In this document: piece after piece, positions 27,625 through 36,600 of the stretch | Layout: the number at the start of each line of letters is the position of its first letter | How positions within the stretch are numbered: position 1 is the first letter of the stretch | Source: Candidatus Taenariivivens baikalensis | GTDB taxonomy: Bacteria; Omnitrophota; Omnitrophia; Omnitrophales; Aquincolibacteriaceae | Length of the DNA: 64,000 nt | NCBI GenBank assembly: GCA_009691445.1 | Contig: SICL01000002.1 | Location: 63-64,062 of the forward strand | Direction: 5' to 3' | Position numbers and translations under genes: made by a program | The notes under the pieces: generated by a model | Told to the model about the DNA's origin: nothing | What the model saw: only the letters and a program-made list of their open reading frames with translations | The model's database searches: none

Positions 27625-29096
27625 AAACGATACTTTTTTATCTTTACCAGTATGTCAAGTTTGGCCCCTTGACAACCTATTTCCTCATGGCTGTAAGCAG
27701 TATCTTATTAGGAAAATATTTCTTGAAATTCAAATGGCCCTTTTCATCTCGAACGACTTTTTTCATGATCCTTGTGCTGGGGCTTGCGCTTCGGATCGGG
27801 TGGGTCTTTTATTCCGCGCACACGCCCATGAGCCATTGGAACGCTGAGCACATGCTTGAGAACGATAGGATCAATGTCCATGCCATAGAGTTAGTGGAAA
27901 AGAATCGCTGGTTTCTTGAGCCGGACGGACGCCCATCGGGACGCCGTCCGATTGGTTATCCACTTTTTTTAGCTGTTTTTTATAAGATCTTCGGGGTCCA
28001 TATCGGAGTTGCATGGGCAGTAAACCTTGGGCTTTTTTCCATTTCACTTTTTTTCCTGTACAAGCTGGCGGAGAAGATCTTTGGCGGCTCAGTAGCCTTG
28101 ATCACGGTTTTCTTATTTTCCATCTACCCCATGTCCATCTACAGCATTAAGCTCCTCACCGATGAGCATCTTTTCATTCCATTTTGGTATGGAGGGCTTT
28201 TTCTTCTTTTTGAGATCCTTCATGATCGCAAAGTCCGATGGGACTGGATTTGGCTTGGACTTATATTCGGTTATACAGCCATGATACGCACTCATGCGAT
28301 CTTTATGCCGCTGGTTGTTGGTATTGCTTTTTGGCTTTTAAAGCGTCCGTGGAGAGAAATAATCGGAAAGATCATCCTTGTGGCTATCGTCATGCAGGTT
28401 ATCAATCTGCCTTGGATAGTCCGAAATTACATCGCTTGGAAAGTTCCCATTCTTTATATCGCTTCGGGGGCTGGTGTTTACGCTCAAGTGAATTCAACAG
28501 CCAAACCCGAAGGGAATGGTCATGTTCCTGAAAAGGGTGACCCGGGTTATTCTCCGGAACTCGATCAGGCGATCGCCTCAGGCAATGAGGGTCTCATCCA
28601 TAAGATTTCAAACCGTGAGATGAAACGCTGGATATTGGAACACCCACAAGAGTTTTGGGTCATGGGTGTCAGCCGATTGCTTTATTTTATGAATTTCAAT
28701 CGCCAAGGGGGTGTCTGGGCCCTATGGCATCAATATTACCCCGGATCCTTCGATCCCAAACGCCCTTTGCCACCCAAGCTTCAGAAAATTCTGGAAGAAT
28801 ATGCGTTAGCCTTCTATTACATCGTTTTCTTTTCCTGGCTTTTCGCTATCGGTATTTTAATCAGTCGATGGCAAACATTAACACCCCTGACAAAAAATTG
28901 CCTGCTTGTTCTTGGAAGTTGTTTTTTGTTCTGGTTTGCCGAGCACATAATCATCTATCCGGACCGGAAGTATCGTTTTCCATTGGAACCTCTGATGCTG
29001 ATCACCACCGCTTTTTTCTTCTACAATCTTCATACGCCTAAATGGATCACCCCGCTACTGGCTTATTTAGCCCGGCTTAAAAAGACTAAATGCTGA
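27621..29096 (+). CDS. GT-C superfamily membrane glycosyltransferase (ArnT/PMT-like, GT39/GT83-type)
   Basis: 491 aa with about 11 TM helices. ArnT-like N-terminal loop (RRPIGYPLFLAVFYKIFG) and C-terminal hydrophilic region. It sits downstream of the GtrB-like gene. Confidence 0.7.
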   Translation: MKTILFYLYQYVKFGPLTTYFLMAVSSILLGKYFLKFKWPFSSRTTFFMILVLGLALRIGWVFYSAHTPMSHWNAEHMLENDRINVHAIELVEKNRWFLEPDGRPSGRRPIGYPLFLAVFYKIFGVHIGVAWAVNLGLFSISLFFLYKLAEKIFGGSVALITVFLFSIYPMSIYSIKLLTDEHLFIPFWYGGLFLLFEILHDRKVRWDWIWLGLIFGYTAMIRTHAIFMPLVVGIAFWLLKRPWREIIGKIILVAIVMQVINLPWIVRNYIAWKVPILYIASGAGVYAQVNSTAKPEGNGHVPEKGDPGYSPELDQAIASGNEGLIHKISNREMKRWILEHPQEFWVMGVSRLLYFMNFNRQGGVWALWHQYYPGSFDPKRPLPPKLQKILEEYALAFYYIVFFSWLFAIGILISRWQTLTPLTKNCLLVLGSCFLFWFAEHIIIYPDRKYRFPLEPLMLITTAFFFYNLHTPKWITPLLAYLARLKKTKC

Positions 29097-29149
29097 GAAT
29101 CTCAAAATACGCCCGTGTTGTCTTAATGGCCTCTTAAAAATAAACAAGT
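29097..29149. terminator. Convergent intergenic region between the plus GT-C gene and the minus GT-C gene (probable bidirectional termination zone)
   Basis: 53-bp AT-rich gap between convergent stops. No strong hairpin verified by eye. Confidence 0.3.
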
Positions 29150-31069
29150 TCAAACAATATGAAAAATGTAAAAGGTTTTTCCGGCCTTAGCAATAGATTT
29201 CATTTCTTTAAATTGTGAAAGGGGAAAGTTGCGCTGTGCGATCATGGCATCAATATCAAGCGCATAATATCCAGGCTGGGGCTGGAGCCAGTCCTCTTCA
29301 CCCATTGCCTCCCACTGAAGGTGATGAAAGGTATAGGCTTCTGGGTTGATAAATTTTGAAGCAATCTTGATCCGGGACACCTGATGTTCCGAGGCCCAAA
29401 GCGCCAGGTGCTTGTTGTCCTGGCCCCAATTCAGATTGGAGTCCGTAGTCAGTCTGGCCCCGTCCTCGACCTCTTTGACTCCTTCATTGAAGTAGGAAAG
29501 GTGATGGGGAAGATTGCTGAGAGACTGATGGACAAAGTGGATCAGTATAAATACCCCCACCCCTGCCGTTGCTTTCTGGAGAAAGATAGATTTTAGGGAA
29601 GCGACCCATTTCCCGACATAGCCTGCGATGACAAAAATAAAGGGGTAGATGGGAAGGATGTGACGGAGGCCAATTTTAACGTGACTGGCAAGGCTTGAGA
29701 CCGCTAAGAAAAATAAGGGCGGCCACAGAAGCATAAGCTTCACCTTCCAGGAGTATCCCTTCTCTTTCAGGAATAAAAACATTCCCATCCCGAAACAAAA
29801 AAGTGTTGTCCATGGAGTCTTAATTAAAAGAAGCCCTAAAAAGTATTTCCAATCACAGGTGATGAATGATCCGGAAACGCACATTTGGTGATTCATTTGT
29901 GTATTGGGGACTCCAATATGGAGCGATTCAAGGTAATGTTGGAAAGGCTTAAGCCGCAATAAAGTTGAGGGAAAGTCACGGTATGAGAAGATGAGGACCC
30001 AAGAAGCCACGACACACAATAAGGCAAAACATTGCGCAAAAAATAACGGTTTCGGCCCAGCCCGCAGAATCAGCCCCATGAGAAGGACAAAGATAAACAC
30101 ATTCCAGCCTGTAAACACCAAAGCCAATAGCCCCATCCCCTTTTTTGCAATCAAAAGGATCGAAACAAATGAGACCATAAAACCTGCGGCAGACAAAGCG
30201 ATTAAGAGCCACCGGGAAAGGTTCTTCTTTAGCAAAAACAGGATCAGGGCAGAACTAGTGACTGGAACCAAAAAACACAGGATGGACTTTTGCCCTAAGG
30301 ACAGGACGAAGAGAATTCCCGCAAGAAGCAACAGACCCGTCTCCGCATTTTTTGAGAGGTGGCAGGCATCGGATTCTTGTTTTCCATGGAACGGCTGCAG
30401 GATAAAGAGAAAAAGCAGGGTAGGAAGAACCAGAAGGCCGCTCATTTTTGAAAGCAAAGTCAGCCCCGTGAAGAAACCCGCAAGGAGCACATCGGGAATC
30501 CGCAATGTGATAAAAAATCGGTTCGTAAAATAGAGGGCGATGAAAAAGAAAGCGGCAATTCCGAGGTCTGTGGTAAAAAGACTTCCATGGGCGATCATAT
30601 TGGGGCAAAAGGCGATGAGAGTCAGTGAGAGCAATCCCCCGCCCCAACCAAAAAGTTCCTTGGACCATTTGAAAACAAAGAATGCCAGGAGAAGGGTGAC
30701 GAGGATAATAGGAATCCTTGAAAGAAAGAGAATCTGGTACGGATCGTTTCCCATGAGATAAAGAAATTTAAGTCCGGTCTTGGACACATCGATTTCATTC
30801 GAGTTTGGAAGATAGACAGGATTCTGGATGGGAAAACGGGGCTGAATCCATAAAAGGGGCAATGCCCCGAGCTGTGGCATAAGCGGCGGATGGGCTGTAC
30901 GGCTCCGGTAATCCGCATATCGGATTCCTGCGTAGCCCGTGGTGTAATAAAAAGGTTCATCCGAAGTTTGCCCGTTGTTCCATGCGAAATAGACGCATTG
31001 AACCGCAAGGACGCTCAAAAGTAATGCCGGAAAAATAAATTTTAAGGGTGCCGATAAAGAGCGGGGCAT
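29150..31069 (-). CDS. GT-C superfamily membrane glycosyltransferase (PMT/ArnT-like) with a large C-terminal periplasmic domain
   Basis: The likely start is MPRSLSAPLKFIFPALLL at 31069 (the ORF-track start at 31159 overlaps the upstream gene). It has a DE motif in the first loop (TSDEPFYYTTGYA), multiple TM helices, and an ~200-aa soluble C-terminal domain. Confidence 0.7.
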   Translation of the reverse strand: MPRSLSAPLKFIFPALLLSVLAVQCVYFAWNNGQTSDEPFYYTTGYAGIRYADYRSRTAHPPLMPQLGALPLLWIQPRFPIQNPVYLPNSNEIDVSKTGLKFLYLMGNDPYQILFLSRIPIILVTLLLAFFVFKWSKELFGWGGGLLSLTLIAFCPNMIAHGSLFTTDLGIAAFFFIALYFTNRFFITLRIPDVLLAGFFTGLTLLSKMSGLLVLPTLLFLFILQPFHGKQESDACHLSKNAETGLLLLAGILFVLSLGQKSILCFLVPVTSSALILFLLKKNLSRWLLIALSAAGFMVSFVSILLIAKKGMGLLALVFTGWNVFIFVLLMGLILRAGPKPLFFAQCFALLCVVASWVLIFSYRDFPSTLLRLKPFQHYLESLHIGVPNTQMNHQMCVSGSFITCDWKYFLGLLLIKTPWTTLFCFGMGMFLFLKEKGYSWKVKLMLLWPPLFFLAVSSLASHVKIGLRHILPIYPFIFVIAGYVGKWVASLKSIFLQKATAGVGVFILIHFVHQSLSNLPHHLSYFNEGVKEVEDGARLTTDSNLNWGQDNKHLALWASEHQVSRIKIASKFINPEAYTFHHLQWEAMGEEDWLQPQPGYYALDIDAMIAQRNFPLSQFKEMKSIAKAGKTFYIFHIV

Positions 31070-31073
31070 AAAT

Positions 31074-32147
31074 TCAGGATGACGGATCAAGGGGCTTAAG
31101 CATGACGGTTCGAAATATTTTTTGGGGGGCCTTCGAGGACCAGTGGGAGTCATCCGCATAATAGATATCCTTTTCCCCGCGGGCTAGCTCGGCAAGAAGA
31201 ATTTCTTTTGTGTCGATGAATGTGTAGGATTTTTTCAAAGTGCGTAGAGTTTCAAAAAAATGACTGTGCGGATAGGGGTTATGAAGGATGAAATCGCTGT
31301 AAAGGTTATATTTATCCACCACGGGCATAAAATAAAGTCGGATCCCCTTTTGATTTAATTTTTCCGCTAACGCGTTCAGGTTTCTATTCGCTTTTTGGAT
31401 TGAGGTTTCACTTTCCCCCGCCAAGTGCTCAATATCTTCGTAAGCAAAAATGAGTTTCCTTCCGTTTTTTACTGTAAAAAAAGGTCGGCTTAGCTCGCGC
31501 GTGTAAACTTTCGAAAAGAAAGCGTCGTCTTTAATCATGTATAAAAAATGGTAGAGAAGAAATTTTAAATTCCCGATATTCAGAAAAGAAATCTCAGGCG
31601 GTCGGTTGGTGTATTTCAGTTTTTGATAAGTCTTCAGAATATCTCCAAGAGGAAGGTGTTGGTCCATATCGACCGGTTTAGAAAGAAAGTCAGCGGCGTG
31701 GTGCTCAATGATTTCTAAAATAATGGCTTTGGGATGCACCTGATCCAGATAGCCGCTGTTGGCGAGAATAACAAGGGTATCAAAAAAATGTTTTCCGGGA
31801 AGCTTCTGAACATTCAGGACGGTTTTACTGTGAATCGTTGCAATCCAGTCTTGGTAATATTGATCGGTCTTGCCGTTGCTATTCGAAAATGAATCCCCAA
31901 TCGTTAGAATATCAATGGGCTCGTGCTGGTATTGATAATTTTCAAGATGTTTCCGCTGTAAACCGTACCCGGGTTTTGACGGGTAGCTTGATCCGGCAAT
32001 ATAACCGATCCGGGTATAATCGCCGCTGCGTGGGCCGTCGATTAAAAGTTCTTTTGTGTATTTTTCCCAAATCAAAAAATTGAGCGCAACAAAGCTCAAA
32101 AAAAATCCCAGTACACTCAATGTCCAGAACTTGTGAGTTTTCATCAA
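31074..32147 (-). CDS. AlgJ/AlgX-like SGNH-hydrolase-fold O-acyltransferase partner (signal-anchored)
   Basis: 357 aa with an N-terminal TM. Block I GDSF (TIGDSFSNSNG) and C-terminal DDSHW (DxxH) motifs. It lies directly downstream of an MBOAT. Confidence 0.7.
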   Translation of the reverse strand: MMKTHKFWTLSVLGFFLSFVALNFLIWEKYTKELLIDGPRSGDYTRIGYIAGSSYPSKPGYGLQRKHLENYQYQHEPIDILTIGDSFSNSNGKTDQYYQDWIATIHSKTVLNVQKLPGKHFFDTLVILANSGYLDQVHPKAIILEIIEHHAADFLSKPVDMDQHLPLGDILKTYQKLKYTNRPPEISFLNIGNLKFLLYHFLYMIKDDAFFSKVYTRELSRPFFTVKNGRKLIFAYEDIEHLAGESETSIQKANRNLNALAEKLNQKGIRLYFMPVVDKYNLYSDFILHNPYPHSHFFETLRTLKKSYTFIDTKEILLAELARGEKDIYYADDSHWSSKAPQKIFRTVMLKPLDPSS

Positions 32148-32151
32148 GGGC

Positions 32152-33567
32152 CTAAAAGTTGAAATAAATGAATTCGCTGACTTTGGTAATGCTGATGATT
32201 CCTGCGCAAGCGAGAAACGTACACAGAGCCGCTGTTTTCCAACTAGGTTGAAACGTTGAACGCATTAGGGAGGAATTTTTTAATATCAAAACTGCTGCGG
32301 TGAGACCCAATACGGTGGGGATTTGTGTTCTAAAATCCGCGGAAATTCCAAAGCCGTTACAGCCGGCCATTCCCCGAAGGATATGGACAGCATCTTCCCA
32401 GGTTTTTGCCCGAAAAAAAACCCAAGCTGCATTGACAAAGTTAAAGGTAAGAAACCACGCAAGGAAGCGATTCATTTTGATTCCAAATCCGCCCCAGATC
32501 CGGTGAATGACCATGGCCAATCCGTGAAGTGCTCCCCAAAAGACAAAGGTCCAGCTTGCCCCGTGCCAGAGTCCGCCCAGCAAAAAGGTGACCATTAGAT
32601 TGACCACTGTCCGCCATTCTCCGTGCTGATTTCCTCCCAAAGGAATATAAATATAATCGCGCAGGAATCGGGAAAGTGTGATGTGCCAACGGCGCCAGAA
32701 ATCCTGGATAGTCGTAGCCTGGTAGGGCGAGTCAAAGTTAATGGGAAGCTGGATATTAAACAGAAGCGCAGAACCAATCGCCATATCGATATAGCCGCTG
32801 AAGTCAAAATAGAGTTGAAGGCTGTAGGAGAGCGAAATCATCCAGGCTTCGCCAAAAGTGAGAAGGCTCGAATGATCAAATCCCTGATTAGCCCAGACGG
32901 CCACGGTATCTGCAATCAAAACCTTTTTACAAAGACCAATCGAAAAAATAAACAGACCTGCAGAAATATTTTTATAATTGAGAACTTTATTTTTAATTCG
33001 ATCAAACTGGGGCATTAAATCTTTATGATGAAGGATCGGGCCTGCAATCAAGTGCGGAAAAAAAGTAACAAAAAGTCCGTAATTGAGAAAATCGTACTCC
33101 TGGCACTCTTCCCGGTAACTATCGACCAAAAAAGCGATTTGAGTAAAGGTAAAAAAACTGATTCCGAGAGGTAAAGCAATGTGAAGAAGTGGTAGATTCA
33201 AGCCCGCAGCCCATCGGATATTGGAGATGAAAAAATCCGTGTACTTATAATAACCCAGGAGAAGCAAATTGGCGGTTACGCCAAAACACAAAATACCCTT
33301 GCGGGATGTTCGCCTCGGCCGTATCGGGATTCCCTCCGACGATTTCTTCCCTGATTTAATGAGAGCCGTTCCTACCGCATAGTTAAAGACAATGGAGATT
33401 AAAATAAGGGGCAAATAGGCGGCGTTCCAATAAGCATAAAAAAATAACGAACATAAAACCAGCCAGGCTTTCGCGGCTTGAAGCAGACGTTTGTGGGTTA
33501 GAAAAAAATAAATGCCAAACGATGCAGGGAGGGAAAAAAAGATATAGACATAGGAATTAAATAGCAC
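32152..33567 (-). CDS. Membrane-bound O-acyltransferase (MBOAT), AlgI-like, second copy
   Basis: 471 aa. FWRRWHITLSRFLRDYIYIPLGGN...GGLWHGASW. It is a paralog of the ORF at 12925-14301 (shared MLFNS... N-terminus). Confidence 0.9.
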   Translation of the reverse strand: MLFNSYVYIFFSLPASFGIYFFLTHKRLLQAAKAWLVLCSLFFYAYWNAAYLPLILISIVFNYAVGTALIKSGKKSSEGIPIRPRRTSRKGILCFGVTANLLLLGYYKYTDFFISNIRWAAGLNLPLLHIALPLGISFFTFTQIAFLVDSYREECQEYDFLNYGLFVTFFPHLIAGPILHHKDLMPQFDRIKNKVLNYKNISAGLFIFSIGLCKKVLIADTVAVWANQGFDHSSLLTFGEAWMISLSYSLQLYFDFSGYIDMAIGSALLFNIQLPINFDSPYQATTIQDFWRRWHITLSRFLRDYIYIPLGGNQHGEWRTVVNLMVTFLLGGLWHGASWTFVFWGALHGLAMVIHRIWGGFGIKMNRFLAWFLTFNFVNAAWVFFRAKTWEDAVHILRGMAGCNGFGISADFRTQIPTVLGLTAAVLILKNSSLMRSTFQPSWKTAALCTFLACAGIISITKVSEFIYFNF

Positions 33568-33576
33568 TTTTTATCC

Positions 33577-34326
33577 TTATCCAGAGGCGGTCGTGTCCAG
33601 CTTGCGTGTCATCACCTTCTGAGTCAGCTGAAGGATCCAGATGAGATTTGCAGAAAGGGCGTAAAAAATAAGAAGAAGATTAAAGACCCCCGCCATCGCG
33701 ATCGAGAAACCTTTGCAGACCAGATAGCTTGAAGAAATGACCAGAAGAAAATCAGGAAAGTTCAGAAGTTTATGCCAAGCCATGAATATGGTTTTGGGAA
33801 ATGACGGAGATATTTTTGATTTAGCCGGATTTGCCTCTGAAGGGTGCCGTGTCCCTTCTTTTTTAAGAAGGCTGTACCGGATAACATCTTCGCACATGGG
33901 AAGAATCATGAGCATGAGAAATCCGTAGGCTCCCGTGATTCCCCAGTGGGGTTTGTCCAAACAAATGCCTAAAGCAAGAAACGTCAGCGGTTGGATCATA
34001 AAGTTAACGATTGTATCGAAATAAAACCCGGTTGCAGAAGCCTTGCCGGTATAACGTGCAATTTCGCCGTCGACATGATCTAAAAGATACCAAACATTAA
34101 GTAAGCCGATCCCCCCCCCAAGTTTTTTATCAAAAGCAAAAATCCATGCGGATAAAAGTCCGGCCATAAGTGACACCAGTGTGACTTGGTTTGGGGTAAT
34201 TCTCAGAGGAAGAAAAAGCCAGGTTAGATAAATAGAAAAGCGCCGCATGACTTGCCGGCCGTACCAGGTATCAACCGCTTTGCGAGGTGCTTGAAGCTGC
34301 TCACGCAATTCCCGGATAGAACTCAT
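33577..34326 (-). CDS. CDP-alcohol phosphatidyltransferase-family membrane protein
   Basis: 249 aa, polytopic. Motif DHVDGEIARYTGKASATGFYFDTIVN is approximately D-x2-D-G-x2-A-R-x8-G-x3-D-x3-(D/N). The last Asp is replaced by Asn. Confidence 0.6.
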   Translation of the reverse strand: MSSIRELREQLQAPRKAVDTWYGRQVMRRFSIYLTWLFLPLRITPNQVTLVSLMAGLLSAWIFAFDKKLGGGIGLLNVWYLLDHVDGEIARYTGKASATGFYFDTIVNFMIQPLTFLALGICLDKPHWGITGAYGFLMLMILPMCEDVIRYSLLKKEGTRHPSEANPAKSKISPSFPKTIFMAWHKLLNFPDFLLVISSSYLVCKGFSIAMAGVFNLLLIFYALSANLIWILQLTQKVMTRKLDTTASG

Positions 34327-35111
34327 GACTTCGTTCCTGCCAAGATGACGAATTTCATGTCGATGTAGCAGTCTTTGTTTTCAATGACCATGTTGTAATC
34401 TCGCTTGCCCTGCTCATCGAGGTCGATATGCATCTGGAAAATTTCATTCTTAACTTTTGCCGGAAGCCCGCTACTATCAAGCCAATTCCGAATGCTGGAG
34501 TGACGAGCCCAATAAATCTTCTTCTGGATTTTTTTGAACCCCGCTTTTTTCATGAGGTTAGTCAGATCCTCTTCCATAAAAGTGATCCGGTCTTCCTTCA
34601 GTTTAAACATTTCGGTGTAGAAAGTTTTTACGTGTTTTGTGGGAGGGACGCCTTCAGAGAAAACCATAATCCCATCTTTTTTGAGAACGCGGTAGCATTC
34701 TTTCATTGCGGCCTGGGTATGATCGATGATGTGGTGGAAGACCATCCGGGCAGTGATTTTATTAAACGTCTGATCCTTAAATTTCAGATCGTGCGCGTAC
34801 ATGCGCATCCAGGAAATATTTTTAAAAGCCGGATTTTCCGCGCGCTTCAGCATTTCTTCCGAAATATCCACACCAACGACATTTTTAACAAAGGGCGAAA
34901 CGGTGTGGGCAATGATTCCCGTCCCTGTACCGATGTCGAGGGCGTGGTCACTCTCATGAAACTGCCCGATGTTCAGAAAAGTATGCAGATAATCACCCTT
35001 GCTGGCCCACTCAAGATTATTGTATTTCTTGGCGCGTGTTGCCCAAAATTCAATCTCATCATTCGGTTTGGTTTTGGATTTTGCTTGTACGGCCTTGGAT
35101 TTAATTTTCAA
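34323..35111 (-). CDS. Class I SAM-dependent methyltransferase
   Basis: 262 aa. Motif I LDIGTGTGIIA and the post-I acidic residue VDISEEM. ATGA-type overlap with the downstream gene. Confidence 0.8.
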   Translation of the reverse strand: MKIKSKAVQAKSKTKPNDEIEFWATRAKKYNNLEWASKGDYLHTFLNIGQFHESDHALDIGTGTGIIAHTVSPFVKNVVGVDISEEMLKRAENPAFKNISWMRMYAHDLKFKDQTFNKITARMVFHHIIDHTQAAMKECYRVLKKDGIMVFSEGVPPTKHVKTFYTEMFKLKEDRITFMEEDLTNLMKKAGFKKIQKKIYWARHSSIRNWLDSSGLPAKVKNEIFQMHIDLDEQGKRDYNMVIENKDCYIDMKFVILAGTKS

Positions 35112-36600
35112 GAAGTTCCTCCTGTGGTGGCGGCGGTTTAGGAATAAATTTATTTTTAAAGACCTTAAGCAAATCCAGTTCTTTATTGAGTTTGATCAAG
35201 AAGGGCGAATAGATAAGTAAGAAAATACCAAATTGAAGCAAAACTTTCCACAGGTTTTGTTCTGAACCCGGGATCAGACGGTCAAGAGCAAACAGGAGTC
35301 CGGTCAAAAGAACAAATTTGATAAAAAGAAGAGCAAAATGTCCGATCGTTTCCCGACGGTTGAAAATGTAGGATGAAGCAATCCAGTAAGTGGTGGCGAA
35401 TTCAACAAATTGGACGATTGTCGTCGCAATCGAGACTCCGATAATGCCGGTATGTCCTTTAATGGCCAGGTAATTGGAAACGAAAGCCAGGCCGCACGCG
35501 ACAAGCATAATCGGTACCATGAACGCTTGTTTGCGGATGACGGCCATAAAATAATTGAAAGGATTAATCAGGGCAAGAAAGTAAGAGCCCAGGATCAGTG
35601 CTTTCATCGGGGCAATGCTCTCTAAAAAATCAGGAAGAATGATGCGGGAAAAATACGGCGCAAAGAACCAGACGCCCGCAATTAAAAGAGGCATGAGATC
35701 GGAAAACGCGAGTGAGGACTTCATGAGATATCCCTTAAGGGCATCGGCTTTTTCAGTCTCTCCGTACCGTTCATGAAAATTGGGCATCAGCACAACCCCG
35801 ACGGCAGTGGGAATGGTTCCGATATAGGTATAAGCCAGAATCGCGAGACTGTAGATGCCCAGTTCGCGAAGTCCCAAGAATTTTGCGATCATGATTTTAT
35901 CAATGCTCAGGAATAAGGTCCCAAGAAACCCGGTGATCATAAGCGGGAATCCATAACAAACCATTCCCCAAAGAATTTTCCAGTTCAAATCAAAGCGGAA
36001 ATGAAAGGAATAGTAGCAGCGGATACAGATAATATTGAAAACAAAACTCAAGCACATCGCCAACATAAAACCATACATGCGAAATTTATAAGACAAGATC
36101 GCGACGAGGATGCCATTTACAATCGATGAGAGAACCATTTGTTTTCCTGCAAGGGTAAACAGCTTATAACCCCGCAAAAAAGCGATACTCAGATTACTGA
36201 TACGCTGCAGGATAACCAGGCCCCCGATAAACAATAATCCGTAAAACATGACTTCGGAAAGCCGGGACTGGTAGACAAGCGCATAAACCAGCGCGCCTAA
36301 ACTAATCAGGGCCGCCGTAAGCAGGGAGAAACTAAAAATAATATTCTTCATTTGGTCGGCGGTCTTGAGATCCCCTTTTCCCCGGTAGTACGGGACTTCT
36401 CGGGAGATGGATTCGGAGACGCCGAAGGTGGAATAAGAGGAATAATTCAGAATCACTTGAAGAAGAGACCAGGCGCCCATTTGAGTCGGTCCCAGAAAGC
36501 GGCGGGTCAAAAGGCCCGCGATAAGCGTGATTAGCTGGGTGACAATGGAAAGCGCCAAGTAAATGCTCGCATCTTTAATGATTTCGTTTTTCTTGGTCAT
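35101..36600 (-). CDS. wzx: Wzx-type oligosaccharide flippase (polysaccharide biosynthesis protein, MOP superfamily)
   Basis: 499 aa with about 12-14 TM helices. The N-terminal region is typical of PST-family flippases. Confidence 0.75.
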   Translation of the reverse strand: MTKKNEIIKDASIYLALSIVTQLITLIAGLLTRRFLGPTQMGAWSLLQVILNYSSYSTFGVSESISREVPYYRGKGDLKTADQMKNIIFSFSLLTAALISLGALVYALVYQSRLSEVMFYGLLFIGGLVILQRISNLSIAFLRGYKLFTLAGKQMVLSSIVNGILVAILSYKFRMYGFMLAMCLSFVFNIICIRCYYSFHFRFDLNWKILWGMVCYGFPLMITGFLGTLFLSIDKIMIAKFLGLRELGIYSLAILAYTYIGTIPTAVGVVLMPNFHERYGETEKADALKGYLMKSSLAFSDLMPLLIAGVWFFAPYFSRIILPDFLESIAPMKALILGSYFLALINPFNYFMAVIRKQAFMVPIMLVACGLAFVSNYLAIKGHTGIIGVSIATTIVQFVEFATTYWIASSYIFNRRETIGHFALLFIKFVLLTGLLFALDRLIPGSEQNLWKVLLQFGIFLLIYSPFLIKLNKELDLLKVFKNKFIPKPPPPQEELLEN

